Shown: piece by piece, positions 1-14,344 of the stretch
Position numbering within the stretch: the first letter of the stretch is position 1
Layout of the letters: each line of letters opens with the position of its first letter
Assembly: GCF_006345805.1 (NCBI RefSeq)
Contig: NC_043021.1
Coordinates: forward strand, 8,370,001-8,434,000
Source: Octopus sinensis
Lineage: Eukaryota
Direction: 5' to 3'
Length of the DNA stretch: 64,000 nt
Notes under the pieces: generated by a model
Databases searched by the model: none
Told to the model about the DNA's origin: nothing
What the model saw: the letters and a program-made list of their open reading frames with translations, nothing else
Made by a program: the position numbers and the translations under genes

Positions 1-309
1 CGAGTCCTTTGCAAGGATTCTCTGTCTGGTGTTTTCATTTTGCCATTTGATGTATGCATCTCAAATATTGTTGACAAAAGAGTCATTTATACGTTCGCAT
101 GTGAATATATGTTCAAGGGAAAATATGCATGCGTGATTTTATGTCTATAGACATATATCAGTATATTTATGATAATGTATGAATATGTACGTGTATGTAA
201 ACTGATGCTTGTATAAGCCTCAGTATCGTGTGTGCGCGCGCTTATGTGTATGTCCTTGTTCAGATTTAGTTCAAGATTTCTTAACAATGGCATACACACA
301 CACACACAC

Positions 310-357
310 AGGTATGTATGTATGTATGTATGTATGTATGCATCTGTCTGTCTGTCC

Positions 358-445
<88 letters not shown>

Positions 446-453
446 CTGTCTAC

Positions 454-527
<74 letters not shown>

Positions 528-580
528 GTCTGTCTGTCTGTTTGTCTACCTGTCTGTCTGTCTATCTATCTATCATCTAT

Positions 581-645
<65 letters not shown>

Positions 646-664
646 TATCTATCTCTCTGTCTAC

Positions 665-738
<74 letters not shown>

Positions 739-760
739 GTCTGTCTGTCTGTTTGTCTAC

Positions 761-814
<54 letters not shown>

Positions 815-847
815 GTCTGTCTGTCTGTCTGTTTGTCTACCTGTCTG

Positions 848-908
<61 letters not shown>

Positions 909-910
909 GC
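310..910. repeat. (TCTA)n/(TCTG)n compound microsatellite
   Basis: Direct reading; source of the YLSI/SIYL pseudo-ORFs. Confidence 0.98.
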
Positions 911-1156
911 ATGAATGTATGCATATATATAAATGTATGTTTGTGAGATTCTCCGTGCGCCTGTGTGTATATGTGTATATATATAAATATATATATGTGT
1001 GTGTGTGTTTGTGTGCGTGTATGTGCATTTGTACGGATGAATGTTTGTATGTATATAAATGTATGAATGTATGCGTGTTTATCTGCTTCTCTGAGTGTGT
1101 GCATTGCATGCATGTATATGTGTACGCATCCCTGTATAGGGATATGTGTGTGCACG

Positions 1157-1193
<37 letters not shown>

Positions 1194-3481
1194 TTCTGTG
1201 TTTTGACCGAAATCATCAGATATTTATTGTCTACGGTGTTATTCTAATGTAACATTATATAATATACATACATCAATCTTATGTATGCGTGCATACACGA
1301 ACGTATAAATGTATGTATGTATATATATACGTATGTATGAATGTACGTATGTATGTGTGTGTGTATGTATGATGTATGTATGCATGTATGTATGTATGTA
1401 TGTACGTATATATATATGTGTGTGTTATAGGTTAAAAGTAGTGTTTACCAGCGAAGGCCGCCAGGTAATCAAATTCTTTATCGGCTGCTATGTTGTTTAT
1501 GATGTAACCTTATCTTCTGCTTTTCTTCTTACAGAGATAACCTTGTCATTGTGAAATATGATAAATAGTATCATTCTCAACTCATTCTTATCTCAGTCTA
1601 TTGTTGTACAAACAATTATTTCCTCTGAAAACATCCCTCCATATTCTTCCCCCCTTCTTCATTACCTCTCTTTCATCCCCTCCGCCGGTAAGCAAGGTAG
1701 TAGTGGTGATGGTGATGGTAGTGGTGGTGATGGCGGCAGTGACGATGATGGCTGTAGATATGATTCGGCACGGGGCCGCACATGCATCAAAACTGTATTT
1801 CAAGATCTAATTCTATTAGATTTTATCTTGGGCGCCGGAATGAAAACATGGTTTGAAGGGGCCATCCATACTGATGGCCATAAAATCACTAATCTACTCT
1901 TAATGATGGCAAGACACCTCATCCATCCCACATCAAATAATGACATTATATTACCATTATATTACAAATCCACCCGCAATAATAACATTGCACTTTAGAT
2001 TAATCCCACCCCTAATAATGATAATACTCAGCAGAACCGCCCTCAATGGTGACATTACACTTCAGATTATCCCATTAATGCACCGAATATCCACCCCGTC
2101 CTTGCATCACAGATCCACCCTCAGTGAGGGCAATATATCAAAAATCCACCCGTTTTGAGGACAATACACGACAGGCTCTTCCTCAATAGTGACAGTATAC
2201 CAGTGATGACAATATACCGCAATTCTGCACCCAATGAGGGGAACATATCACAGATCCTATACCTGTGACCACAATATATCACAGATCCATCCATCTTCAA
2301 ACGAGTAAGAATGGAAAAACTTCCGAGTGTAGAAAAAAATGAAGAAAAAAAACGAGGGTGGGGGGCGGAAGTTTTGCTGCATCTACATAACTGCTTGAAC
2401 TGCTAGAAATAGCAACTAAATCTCCCCTTAATCACACCCTGTGCATTTGGGAAATGAAATGATACAACAGATTGTACACTTTAGTACTTAATACATGTCA
2501 ATATGCTGTGGGGATGGCTACGGCTGGAATGTCTATGGTTGGTCTGCTCGATTCGATCAGCTTTAGCTTGGAGGCTAAATAACTACTACCACCACCACCA
2601 CTGCTATCTTTTACATAGACCAACGAGAGAGCCTACAGGTAGTTGATCAACATAGCAGCTAAATATCCCTCAAGGCGTCATTTATACTCTACTAGCACTA
2701 GTGCATGCATATACAGCTGCGTGCGTGCGCACATACACGCGAGTACTGTCCAAATCTCCGACCAATCACATACAGCTAGCTGGCATTCAATTGGCGTATC
2801 AAGTTTCGAGCATTTTGATTGGGTTTTGGATAGAAAATTCACAAAAAAGTCAGTTCTATTGATTTTTTAATGGCTTTGCGGGGTGATTGGGGAAATGTAA
2901 AGATGTGCACGACCACCCTTGGACGGTTTTGAATGACCATAGAAAGTGCGAACGTTCTAACTGAAAAATTGTGGATTTGTATTGACACACACGCAGACAT
3001 TTTGCCGTTTATATATATAGAGAGATAACAACAACGGGTAAAGATAGGATATAATGACCACTGGTGGACACTATATCCTGTCTTGTCATGCCTGAAGGTT
3101 TTCGGTCTTACCACTGACTCAGTAATGCTAATCTGATGTTGAGTAGGTGCTTCAGCAATCTTGATACTCATTTTTGCTGGCTGAGTGGACAGGAAACACC
3201 TGGAATAAAGTACATCGCTCAAGGACACAACGCTTCTCCCATACCGAGAATCGAACCCATGATTTCATGATCTAGAACCCAATTGACTGACTTCAAAACT
3301 ACACAATAGCACATTATATTTTTTTATATATATTTTTTTATATTTGTCTCAGTCATTTGACTGCGGCCATGCTTATTCTTTGTAAGCCTAGTACTTACAC
3401 CGCTAAGTTACGGGGACGTAAACACACCACCATCGGTTGTCAAGCAATGGTGGGGGTACGAACACAGACACGCAAACATAT

Positions 3482-3512
<31 letters not shown>

Positions 3513-4769
3513 CATATATACGACGGGCTTCTTTCAGTTTCTGTCTACCAAGTCCACTCACAAGGCTTTGGTCGGTCCGAGGCTATAGTAGAAGACACTT
3601 GCCCAAGATGCCACGCAGTGGGACTAAACCCGGAACCATGTGGTTGATAAGCAAGCTACTTACCACACAGCCACTCCTGCGCCTATCTGCAATCTTAGAT
3701 ACACTATGCCTGAAAGAAAAACAATGATGAGGGCTGTCCTTGGCACTAGCGTAGCTAAGTGACGGAGGCTATTGCTGTAGTCAATATGTTTTTTGTTTTT
3801 TTGGGGGGGCGTCTTTTTAAGACGGTGAGCTGGCAGAAACGTTAGCACGCCGGACGAAACGCTCAGCAGTATTTCGTCTACCGTCACGTTCTGAGTTCAA
3901 ATTCCGCCGAGATCGACTTTGCCTTTTATCCTTTCGGGGTCGACTCGACTTAATCCCTTTGTCTGTCCTTGTTTTTCCCCCGCTATGTTTAACTCCCTGT
4001 GGGTAATAAAGAAATAAATATGTGTTTTTTTGTGGGTCTGGGGGTGGCGAACGGAAGGGCACCCCTGGCGGCACACGCACACACACATTAGCTACGCTAG
4101 TAGTCCTAGGGCTAAACAACACCATGCACTCTTACAAGATATTAAGTTAGTATTTAAAAAAAGGTCAGCAGCATCTAAGATAATAATTAATTTAATCTAA
4201 ATCTTAACAAATTAACAACAAAAGCTGATAACGATTGACGTCAATGACATCTACTCAATGTATTCAAAAGAATCACTTTCCAACAACAAACAACAACAAC
4301 AACAACCGACAATGAATTGTGTCTTCATCGTGGGGCTGGTTAAAAAATAACCCTGATCATGAGTAGCAAATTTTGTCCTTCGGTAGCAACTGCTTTACTT
4401 GTTTCAGTCATTTGACTGTGGTCATGCTGGAGCACTGGCTTTTGGCCGAGCAAATCGACAAACAGGACTTATTCTTTGTAAGCCCAGTACTTACTCTATC
4501 GGACTCTTTTCCCGAATCGCTAAGTTACGGGGACGTAAACACGCCAGCATCGGTTGTCAAGCGACGTGGGGTGGGGGGGGGAAACACAGACACACACACA
4601 CACTCACATATACACACATTTCAGTTTCCGTCTACCAAATCCACTCACAAGGCTTTGGTCTACACGAGGCTATAGTAGAAGACACTTGCCCAATGTGCCA
4701 CGTAGTGGGACTGAACCCGAAACCATGTGGTTGGTAAGCAAGCTACTTACCACACAGAACTCCTACGCC

Positions 4770-4832
<63 letters not shown>

Positions 4833-4899
4833 GGAACAAAAACGCAGTAGAAGACAATAAAACATTCGGACAGATATACGATAGGGTTAGGGTTATATA

Positions 4900-5160
4900 T
4901 ATATATATATGCGGGGTTGTTGGGGACCGCTTGTGAAATCCACATATTCCCACGAAACTTCTTCCATGAATTCCCAATGGCGAATACAATGGCAACATCG
5001 GCCTGCACCGATGGAACCGTGACTGGCTCGCTATCTCCAGTGAACTGGCGCAGGACCGTCTTGCGTGGGCTGCTATGGTTCGAGATGCCTCGAGGGTGGT
5101 AGAAGAAGCCGACTCAACCCGCCCAGGGTGAATGTCACCACAAGTACAAGTACAAGTAAG
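4900..5160 (+). mobile_element. RTE-clade LINE 3' end
   Basis: Frame reads GLHRWNRDWLAISSELAQDRLAWAAMVRDASRVVEEADSTRPG*, followed by a (CAAGTA)n tail. Confidence 0.75.
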
Positions 5161-5206
5161 TGTGTGTGTGTGTGTTTAGTAACACACACACACACACACA
5201 CTAATA

Positions 5207-6474
5207 CAGTGTGTTCAAAAAGTCTCTCCGCAGTAAGTATTTTATTGCAAAATAAATATTTATAAGATGGTATAAGATTACAAAAGAATATATTAGACTT
5301 TAGAAGACTTCAAAATCTTTATAAGAGGTGTTGAAAGTGCCGTCCTTCATTTTCAGTACATAAGTTGACTCTTCTACCCATGTTTTGAAATACATCTTGA
5401 TGCGGTATGGACCGTGTGAAGGTTATGATTGCGTCTTTTAGCTCATTAATGGTTTTGGGGCGATTATTGTACACTGATCCTTTCCTTGCTCCATAGAAAA
5501 AATGTATGGCGGTATTAAATCGGGTGATTTTGATGGCCAACGTCCCTTCGAAATAATCCGTTCTCCGAAAAACTCTTGAAGTGGCACCATGGTGATGCGC
5601 GAATTATGTGCTGTAGCTCCATCTTGCTGAAAGTATGCCTTATTAATTTCTCTTTCTGTGAGTTGGCCTACAAATGGATAGACAATATTTGAGCAATACC
5701 TCTCGGTGTTGATGGTATCTTAAAAAAAATTTCGGTCCCACAATACGCTTTCTCGAAATTGCTATCCATACTCCAACTTTTTCGGGGTGCAAGAGTTACT
5801 CATGCGTCGCGTGTGGATTCGCAGTACTCCATTACCTTGTGTTTTGCAAATTTATGTGGCCCGACAGATGAAACCCAGCCACATCAGTGTAAAAACACCC
5901 ACCCAGCACATCTCTACCTTTTTTGGCAACAAAGTTTTGGAATCAATGACAATAGAGAAGCCTTTTAGTATGAGCCATAGTCTTCAATTCTTGAAAGGCC
6001 AGCACTTTATATGGAAAGAAATTTAATTTCTTTTTTACTGCTGTCCGAAGACTTCCTAGGCTGATTTCCGTTTCCTGTGACAATTTGCGTAAGGACTTTG
6101 ATGGGCTTGCCAACAGTTTATTAGAAATATTGGAGATTTTTTTTCGTCTGAAAGAACAGTAAGCCTACCGCTTCTTGCTGTGTCTTCCACTGAGCCTGCG
6201 TTTCTAAATTTTCTTATCAAATCCTGCACAGTGTCACGATGTGGAACAACAGTATTTGGAAAAGTTTCACTGAACTTCTGTGTATTTGTTTCCAGCTCGA
6301 AACACCCATTCAACTAAAAACGTATGTTTTTCAATGGTTAGCATGTCGACACGCTGAAGAATACGCAATGACTGAGGGACAATGGCTGACATGCAGCCGT
6401 CCACGCAGTGATAGCCAAGCTGCGCATGCGCAGGATGAAAAAGTTCACTGCGGGGAGACCTTTTGGACATGCAG
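5207..6474 (-). mobile_element. Tc1/mariner-superfamily DNA transposon, near full length, decayed transposase
   Basis: About 28-bp imperfect TIRs (CAGTGTGTTCAAAAAGTCTCTCCGCAGT at 5207; ACTGCGGGGAGACCTTTTGGACATGCAG at 6447), preceded by TA. Fragments read FQQDGATAH, RWPSKSPDL, TINELKDAI and RHFQHLL, plus an N-terminal HTH-like piece; stops and frameshifts present. Confidence 0.88.
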
Positions 6475-7655
6475 ATGTTCATATTCACGACACGGGCCAC
6501 TTTGAGTTACTTTACTCTTTACTCTTTTACTCTTTTATTTGTTTCAGTCATTTGACTGCGGCCATGCTGGAGCACCGCCTTTAATCGAGCAACTCGACCC
6601 CGGGACTTATTCTTTTGTAAGCCCAGTACTTATTCTATCGGTCTCTTTTGCCGAACTGCTAAGTAACGGGGACATAAACACACCAGCATCGGTTGTCAAG
6701 CAATGCTAGGGGGACAAACACAGACACACAAACACACACGCACACACATATATATACATATATATACATATATACGACGGGCTTCTTTCAGTTTCCGTCT
6801 ACCAAATCCACTCACAAGGTTTTGGTCGGCCCGAGGTTATAGTAGAAGACACTTGCCCAAGGTGCCACGCAGTGGGAATGAACCCGGAACCATGTGGTTG
6901 ATAAACAAGCTACTTACCACACAGCCACACCTGCGCCTATGGTGCTAGTATATAAGTATGCGGTCTAACACGGTGTCAAACAGGGTTATCTACCTTATTT
7001 TCAGATATTTCAGAGATGAAACACTTCAGATATTTCAGAAATAAAATACTTCGTACATTATAAAGGAGTTACACAAATAAGAAAAATTGAATCTTATATT
7101 ATTTTATATGATAAAGAAATTACATAGAGAAACCAAGACAATCCATTTTAACGATAAACACTTCTTGTGTCATTAAGGAGCGATACAAATAAATCAATTG
7201 AGTCTTTCCTCATCATATTTCAGCAGAAATGATCAATATTTGACTGGAAAAGCTCAGTACCAACGCCTCTCATTTTTCTCAGAGTTATAGTTTTAGTATC
7301 TAACTAGAATCACTCAATGGCCTGAGTGTGTGCTCCGGTCACTGGATCCACATAATATCATTGATGGTTCAATGTCAGATGATAATAACCTATGGCATAT
7401 TATATATATATATATACATATATATCTTTCTCTTTTACTCTTTTTTCTCTTTTATACTTGTTTCAGTCATTTGACTGCGGCCATGCTGGAGCACCGCCTT
7501 TAATCGAGCAACTCGACCCCGGGACTTATTCTTTGTAAGCCCAGTACTTTTTCTATCGGTCTCTTTTTTGCCGAACCGCTAAGTGACGGGGACGTAAACA
7601 CACCACCATCGGTTGTCAAGCAATGCTAGGGGGACAAACACAGACACACAAACAT

Positions 7656-7696
<41 letters not shown>

Positions 7697-7720
7697 ATAT
7701 ATATATATCTATATTATATA

Positions 7721-7761
<41 letters not shown>

Positions 7762-8211
7762 CATACATATATACGACAGGCTTCTTTCAGTTCCGTCTAC
7801 CAAATCTACTCACAAGGCATTGGTCGGCCCGGGGCTATAGCAGAAGACACTTGCCCAAGATGCCACGCAGTGGGACTGAACCCGGAACCATGTGGTTTGT
7901 TAGCAAGCTACATATTTTTTTATTTATGCGCCCTTTTCAAGCCTAGCTAGGCTATGGTCCCGATTTCTCGGTTTCTGTGGCGTATGTGTTCCCCTCGCCC
8001 CAGCTGGACGGGACGCCAGTCCATCGCAGCTTTACCCAAGAAACAGAAAGAAAGAGTCATGGAAAGTTGGGGCCTCGATGACGACGATGACGACCATGGT
8101 GACAATGATTATGACTATGGTGATGATGATAAAGGAACACAGAATAACCAAGGTTACTATTGGAAAAAAGGAAACATGACTTCCTCATTTCCTGCATCAA
8201 TATTGCAAAAA

Positions 8212-8250
<39 letters not shown>

Positions 8251-8309
8251 TAATAATGATAATGATAATTATAATAATAATAATAATGATAGTAATAATA
8301 ATAATAATA

Positions 8310-8348
<39 letters not shown>

Positions 8349-8891
8349 TAAATAATAATTGTGTTAGAGTATTAGCAATGAACACAGTCAATATGGTTTG
8401 ATAATGGATTTAAAGTGATTCCCATCAATAATATTTCTTTCATAATATTTAGGGATCAGAATGCGGAGAGCTGGCAGAATCGTTAACACGCCGGGCGAAA
8501 TGCTTAGCGATAGTTCGTCTGTCTTTGTGTTCTGAGTTCGAAATTCCGCCCAGGTCGACTTTGCCTTCCATCCTTTCGGGGTCGACAAACAAACAAAAAA
8601 AAAAAGTACCAGTTTCGTACTGGGGTCGGGGTCGATCTAATCGACTGGTCCCCACCCCGCTTCCTTCCAAAAATTTCTGGCCTTGTGCCTAGAGTACAAT
8701 ATTTACAACTGTCATTTTTTACATAATGGACACCTTCAGAAGTTTGTGATTTTTATGCGATTGAATTAATGGCGAACATGTTTATTCCTGTTCCTTTGCT
8801 TCGCAGTTTTGTTCTCCATTTTATTAATCTATCTACATTATCTCTGTATGTACATTACGTTTCTATACACAATCACATATAATCACTAGCA

Positions 8892-8968
<77 letters not shown>

Positions 8969-9169
8969 TATATGTATATATATGTATATATATACATATA
9001 CATATATATATTATATGCATATATATATGCATATACACAGGCATATATACAAACTTTACAGCCGACCCTCGTATACATATACATCTGTATAATTTGCGTA
9101 CATATATATATTATATATTATACATCTATCTATCTTCTATCTATCTATCTATCTATCTATATATATATA

Positions 9170-9327
9170 TATACTTATTTAAAGCAGCAGAAAATTCTAG
9201 AAAACCTGTTACTCTGAGTTTCACGTTGCCGTTCGTCGGACAGTTAGCAAAAACTGTCCGACGAACGGCAACTTGAAACTCAGAGTAACAGGTTTTCTAG
9301 AATTTTCTGCTGCTTTAAATAAGTATA
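9170..9327. repeat. Foldback inverted repeat (76-bp arms, 6-nt loop, 1 mismatch), MITE-like
   Basis: 9170-9245 is the reverse complement of 9252-9327 except for one base; TA-flanked. Confidence 0.92.
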
Positions 9328-9337
9328 AGTATACTTT

Positions 9338-9377
<40 letters not shown>

Positions 9378-9453
9378 TGTGCATACTCTGAAGCGTGAAA
9401 ATGGTTTCGAACTGCCAGTAACAATATTTTATGGTACAAGGGAAACAACTGAG

Positions 9454-9604
9454 TTATTCTTGGCCTGCAAGGGACGTAACTAGGCTGCTCAAATCGAGAT
9501 AAGTTCTGTCTTTTTCCATTAAGTTTTCAATTAGAAGCCGGAGTCGATGAAAGGTCGGACGATCTTTCGGTTTTTCCCGCCATGTGAGTCTCATGATTTC
9601 ATAC
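9454..9604 (-). CDS. RTK last coding exon ([18 protein letters not shown]...[16 protein letters not shown])
   Basis: tttaag|G acceptor, phase 2; RPTF motif; TAA at 9456-9454. Confidence 0.93.
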
Positions 9605-11460
9605 CTTAAAAAGAGATAGTAACAAGATTTCGGTCAGTTTTAAAAACTGGCAAATAAAAATGAAATTAAAAAATTATTTATAACATTTAATCATCGATGA
9701 TGTAGTTGAGGAATTTGCTAACCAACCACGTACGCAACACCTTGGACCAGTGGTTTTCAACCAGGGTTCCGCCAGTACAGTCCAGGGGTTCCGCAAGAAG
9801 TTACAAAACTGCTAAAATCGGCAGTATTTTTAATTCTCCTGTGCAGATATGTGTGCATAAGACTATTAAATTATTGCACAAGGGTTCCTCGAGCCAGTGG
9901 AATGTTTCCTTGGGGTTCCGCTCCAGCAAAAAGTTTGAAAAGCACTGACTTGGGACAAATGCCTTCTACTATAGCCTGGGGTCAACCAAAGCCTTGTGAA
10001 TGGATTTGGTGGACGGAAACTGAAAGAAACCTGTCGTGTGTGTGTGTGTGTGTGTGTGTGTGTATTATGGGTAGAATTCTGGTTTAAGCACCCTCTTATA
10101 ACTTTTTTGATATTTGGAATTTTCAGAAAAATTTTCCGACGCCTTATTCTATACACGGGAATTGGTACTACTTAAGAAGAGTGGTCTCGGTGCGCGCACT
10201 CGTGTAGTTGCGCATCCGCGCTAGCTAGTCGTGACTAGTCGATCCTACAACGACTACCTAGCAAAGTAAATAAAGCACAAAATGACTGAAACAAGTAAAA
10301 GATAAGATACAACGATAGCTTTACCTTCTGGTCTAAGAGATTTTGTCATAACTACCTGACAAGTTAAGACGATAAAACACTCTTAACATACACAGGTGTA
10401 GCTGTGTGGGAAGAAGCTTGCTTACCAACCACATGGTTCTGAGTTCAGTCCCACTGTGTGGCACCTTGGGCAAGAAGTGTCTTCTACTATAGCCTCGGGC
10501 CGACCAAAGCCGTGTTAGTGGATTTGGTAGTCAGGGTCGATAAGATAAGTACCAGTTGAAAACTGAGAGTCAATGTAATCAATGTATCCCCTTCCTGAAA
10601 CTGAAAGAGGCCACTTGTGTGTGAGTGTGTGTGTTTTTGTCCCCCACCGCCACTTGACAACTGGTGTTGGTGTGTTTACATCCCTGTAACTTTGTAGTTC
10701 AGAAAAGAGAGTGATAGAATAAGTACCAGGCTTAAAAAATGACCACCACCCCAAATGGTTCTTAAGCATGGCCATAATCTAACACCTGAAACAAGGTGAA
10801 AGACAAAAGACCCTTAATATATTTACCAAATTAATTTACTTACAACTCATTGGAGCAGTGTTCTGGTTTCTCCATCCTGTATCCTGTTGCCAACACTTCG
10901 TAAAGATCTGCCAAAGCTATGGATGGATATGGGGATGCTCCTGAAAAATTTACAACCGAAATTTAGGGAACCAAAACAAGACATGATCTCAAAATCTAGA
11001 GAGAGAAATATAATTGAGAATACAAGAGATACACATACAGACACACACACACACATGCATGTATGCATGTACACACTCACAAACCATATTTCAACATGTA
11101 TAAGGAAACCTTTTTTGTCAAAAATTAGGTTAAAAAATATGGGAGTTTCTTATACATGGACAGTACTATAATCCCTTACAAAACCTTTTTTCCAAATTTT
11201 AAGCCCCCAAAATTAGGGGATTCCTTATACGCGAGGGTTCCGTATACACATTAAAATTTGGTATTTATGAAGGGGTGTTGAAAAGTTCCTGGCTTTGAGT
11301 AAAAGGAAATACAGGAGGTTCAGTTAATTATGATTTTATCCAACATATTCCCCTCTCAGATTCACACACTTATTGCAGCAGTCCTTCAGTTTTTCTAAAA
11401 CCTGCAAAAGAACCTGGAAGGTTGGGCCCTTAAAGCAGGGGTCTTCAAAGTGGTTGATAC

Positions 11461-11503
<43 letters not shown>

Positions 11504-12665
11504 ATTATATTGAGGGTACTACTATTCGTAGATACCAACACGCTAAGAGGGACCAATGCGGTCAAAACTACTAAAAATAAACAAAATTTTACCGAATTTT
11601 TAGTAGTTTTGACCGCATGGTCCCTCTTAGCGTGTTGGTATCTACGAATAGTAGTACCCTCAATATAATATAAATGAATATTTTCAAAGAGGAAGAATTT
11701 ACGGATTTTTTCTCTTATGAGGTTTTTCACGCTGACTACTGATAATTTCTTTTAAAGATTTTATCCTCAATTGTTAATATATATATATATATATATATAT
11801 ATGCTCCAATGGATGTGTAATGTCAGTGTGCATACTCAACAGAGTGTTAGTACCTTGAGAGAAAAGTTGAACCTAAGAAGCATCAGATGTGGTGTGCAAG
11901 AGAGATGACTGCACTGTTATGGCCATGTGGTGAGAATAGATGTGGATAGCTGTGTGAAAAAGTGCCACACCCTAGCGGTTGAGGGAACCTGTGGAAGAGG
12001 TAGACCCAGAAAGACCTGGAATGAGGTGGTGAAGCATGACCTTCGAACACTGGGCCTCACCGAGGCAATGACTAGTGACCGGGACCTTTGGAAATATACT
12101 GTGCTTGAGAAGACTTGGCAAGCACAGGTGAGACCATAACCTTGTGAATTATGCCAAGGGTACAACCTGTTGAGGCAAGTGAAATTGAAATCAAATCAAA
12201 TTTGCCAATTTGTTGACTGACACCCAAGCCAGTGGAGCGCTAAGAGCACCATCCAAGTGTGATCGCTGCCAGAGTAGCTGCCTGGCTTCCATGCTGGTGG
12301 CACGTAAAAAGCACCATTCAAACGTGATCGTTACCAGTGTCACCTTACTGGCACACATGAAAAACATTTGAGCGAGGTCATTGCCAGTGCCGCTGGACTG
12401 GCTCCTGTGCAGGTGGCATGTAAAAAACACCACTTGAGTGTGGCCATTGCCAGTACCACCTGACTGGCCCTTGTGGTGGTGGCACGTAAAAGCACCCACT
12501 ACACTCTCAGAGTGGTTGGCGTTAGGAAGGGCATCCAGCTGTAGAAACTCTGCCAGATCAGATTGGAGTCTGGTGCAGCCATCTGGTTTGCCAGACCTCA
12601 GTCAAATCGTCCAACCCATGCCAGCATGGAAAGCGGACGTTAAACGATGATGATGATGATGATGA

Positions 12666-12725
<60 letters not shown>

Positions 12726-13993
12726 ATGTATATGCTACTCACATACACATATACATATTTGTAGGTATATTTGCAAATACCATGTCAACAAAATATCCAA
12801 CGATATAATTAACCAACGATATCCATCAACTAACGATCAAATTGTAAAAGATAAAAAGACAAAAAAACTGCCTAAAATGCCAAATCCTTACCCATGGTAA
12901 CAATCTCCCAAAGTAGGATTCCGAATGACCATACATCGGTCTTAGTCGTGAACATGCGGTCTCGAAGAGATTCCATGGCCATCCATTTAATGGGCAGTTT
13001 ACCACTGGTCAGTTTCTGGTATTGGTCGTCGTTGTAGATGTCTCTGGACAGTCCAAAGTCGCAGACTTTGACCACTTTCTTGTAGTCAAGAAGAACATTT
13101 CGGGCAGCAAGATCTCTATGTAAGTATTTCATGCTGTGCATGTATTCCTGAAATTAATAAAAAAATAAATGAAGTTTTTTATGATTTAGGCAAAAAAAAA
13201 GGGCAGTTTTGAGACGGGGGCTGATTTAGGCAAGGCCATTAACACCAACCCCCACATCTACCCCTATTTCATAATGACTTTATTTTATCATCACTGAAAG
13301 AATAATGTAATAATGCTTTACAAAGCAACATTGCTTTCTGTGGGGTTTGAACTGTAAACATAAAGAACTTGCTTCCCAACCTTATGGTTCTGGGTTCAAT
13401 CCTACTGCATGGTACCTTGTGTAAGTGTCTTCTACTATATATAGCCTTGGGCTGACCAAAGACTTGTGAGTGGATTTGGTAAACAAAAACTGATAGAGGC
13501 CCTTCACACACACACACACACATATATATATAATATTATATATATATATTTATATTCTTTTATTCTTTTACTTGTTTCAGTCATTTGACTGTGGCCACTG
13601 CCTTTACTTGAGCAAATCAACCCGAGGACTTATTCTTTGTAAGCCTAGTACTTATTCTATCAGTCTCTTTTGCTGAACCACTAAGTTACGGGGATGTAAA
13701 CACACCAGCATCGCCTGCCAAGTGATGTTGGGGGGACAAATACAGACACATACACATACATACATACATACATATATATATAATCTACCTTCTATCTATA
13801 AATGCCCTAATATCTATACAGCTTTGGGTTTTTTTATCTTATTGTGCAAAAAATTCTTATATACACACGCTGACATAGAACCAACGTTGAACCCTTTATT
13901 CGCAATATTACCGAATCTGGAACTTAACTATGGTCTGTCTATAGCACTTATTCAGCATTACCTGACATCTTTGGGTCTCAATGACACCATTAT

Positions 13994-14029
<36 letters not shown>

Positions 14030-14310
14030 CGTGATCACCGTGACAGACCAGGCTATCAGATGTTGCTACACATCGCTGGTCACAATGCGATATATATATA
14101 TATATATATATATAGGACGGCATGATAGATCGTTAGCTCCTACACGCATTTTTTCTCTCCTTGTTTTTTTCTGTGTATCTTTCTGTCGAAGAGCGTAGGC
14201 TCGAAACGTAAAACACTTTTTCTATGTCTATTCCTGAGCGCTATACTAATACATAAGTTTGTTTGTACTCCACCTGCCTTCGTCTTTTGTTTATTTTCGT
14301 AAACTTTCCC

Positions 14311-14344
<34 letters not shown>

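Noticed and set aside
87-1252. Long ORFs (245, 324 and 198 aa) of YLSI/SIYL repeats
   Set aside because: Translations of stop-free (TCTA)n/(TG)n microsatellites.
4883-4895. AGGGTTAGGGTTA as an interstitial telomere
   Set aside because: Only two units; could be chance or repeat-derived.
7320-7400. Possible alternative last RTK exon (LLSSDIEPSMILCG...*)
   Set aside because: No credible donor leads to it and it has no recognisable motif.
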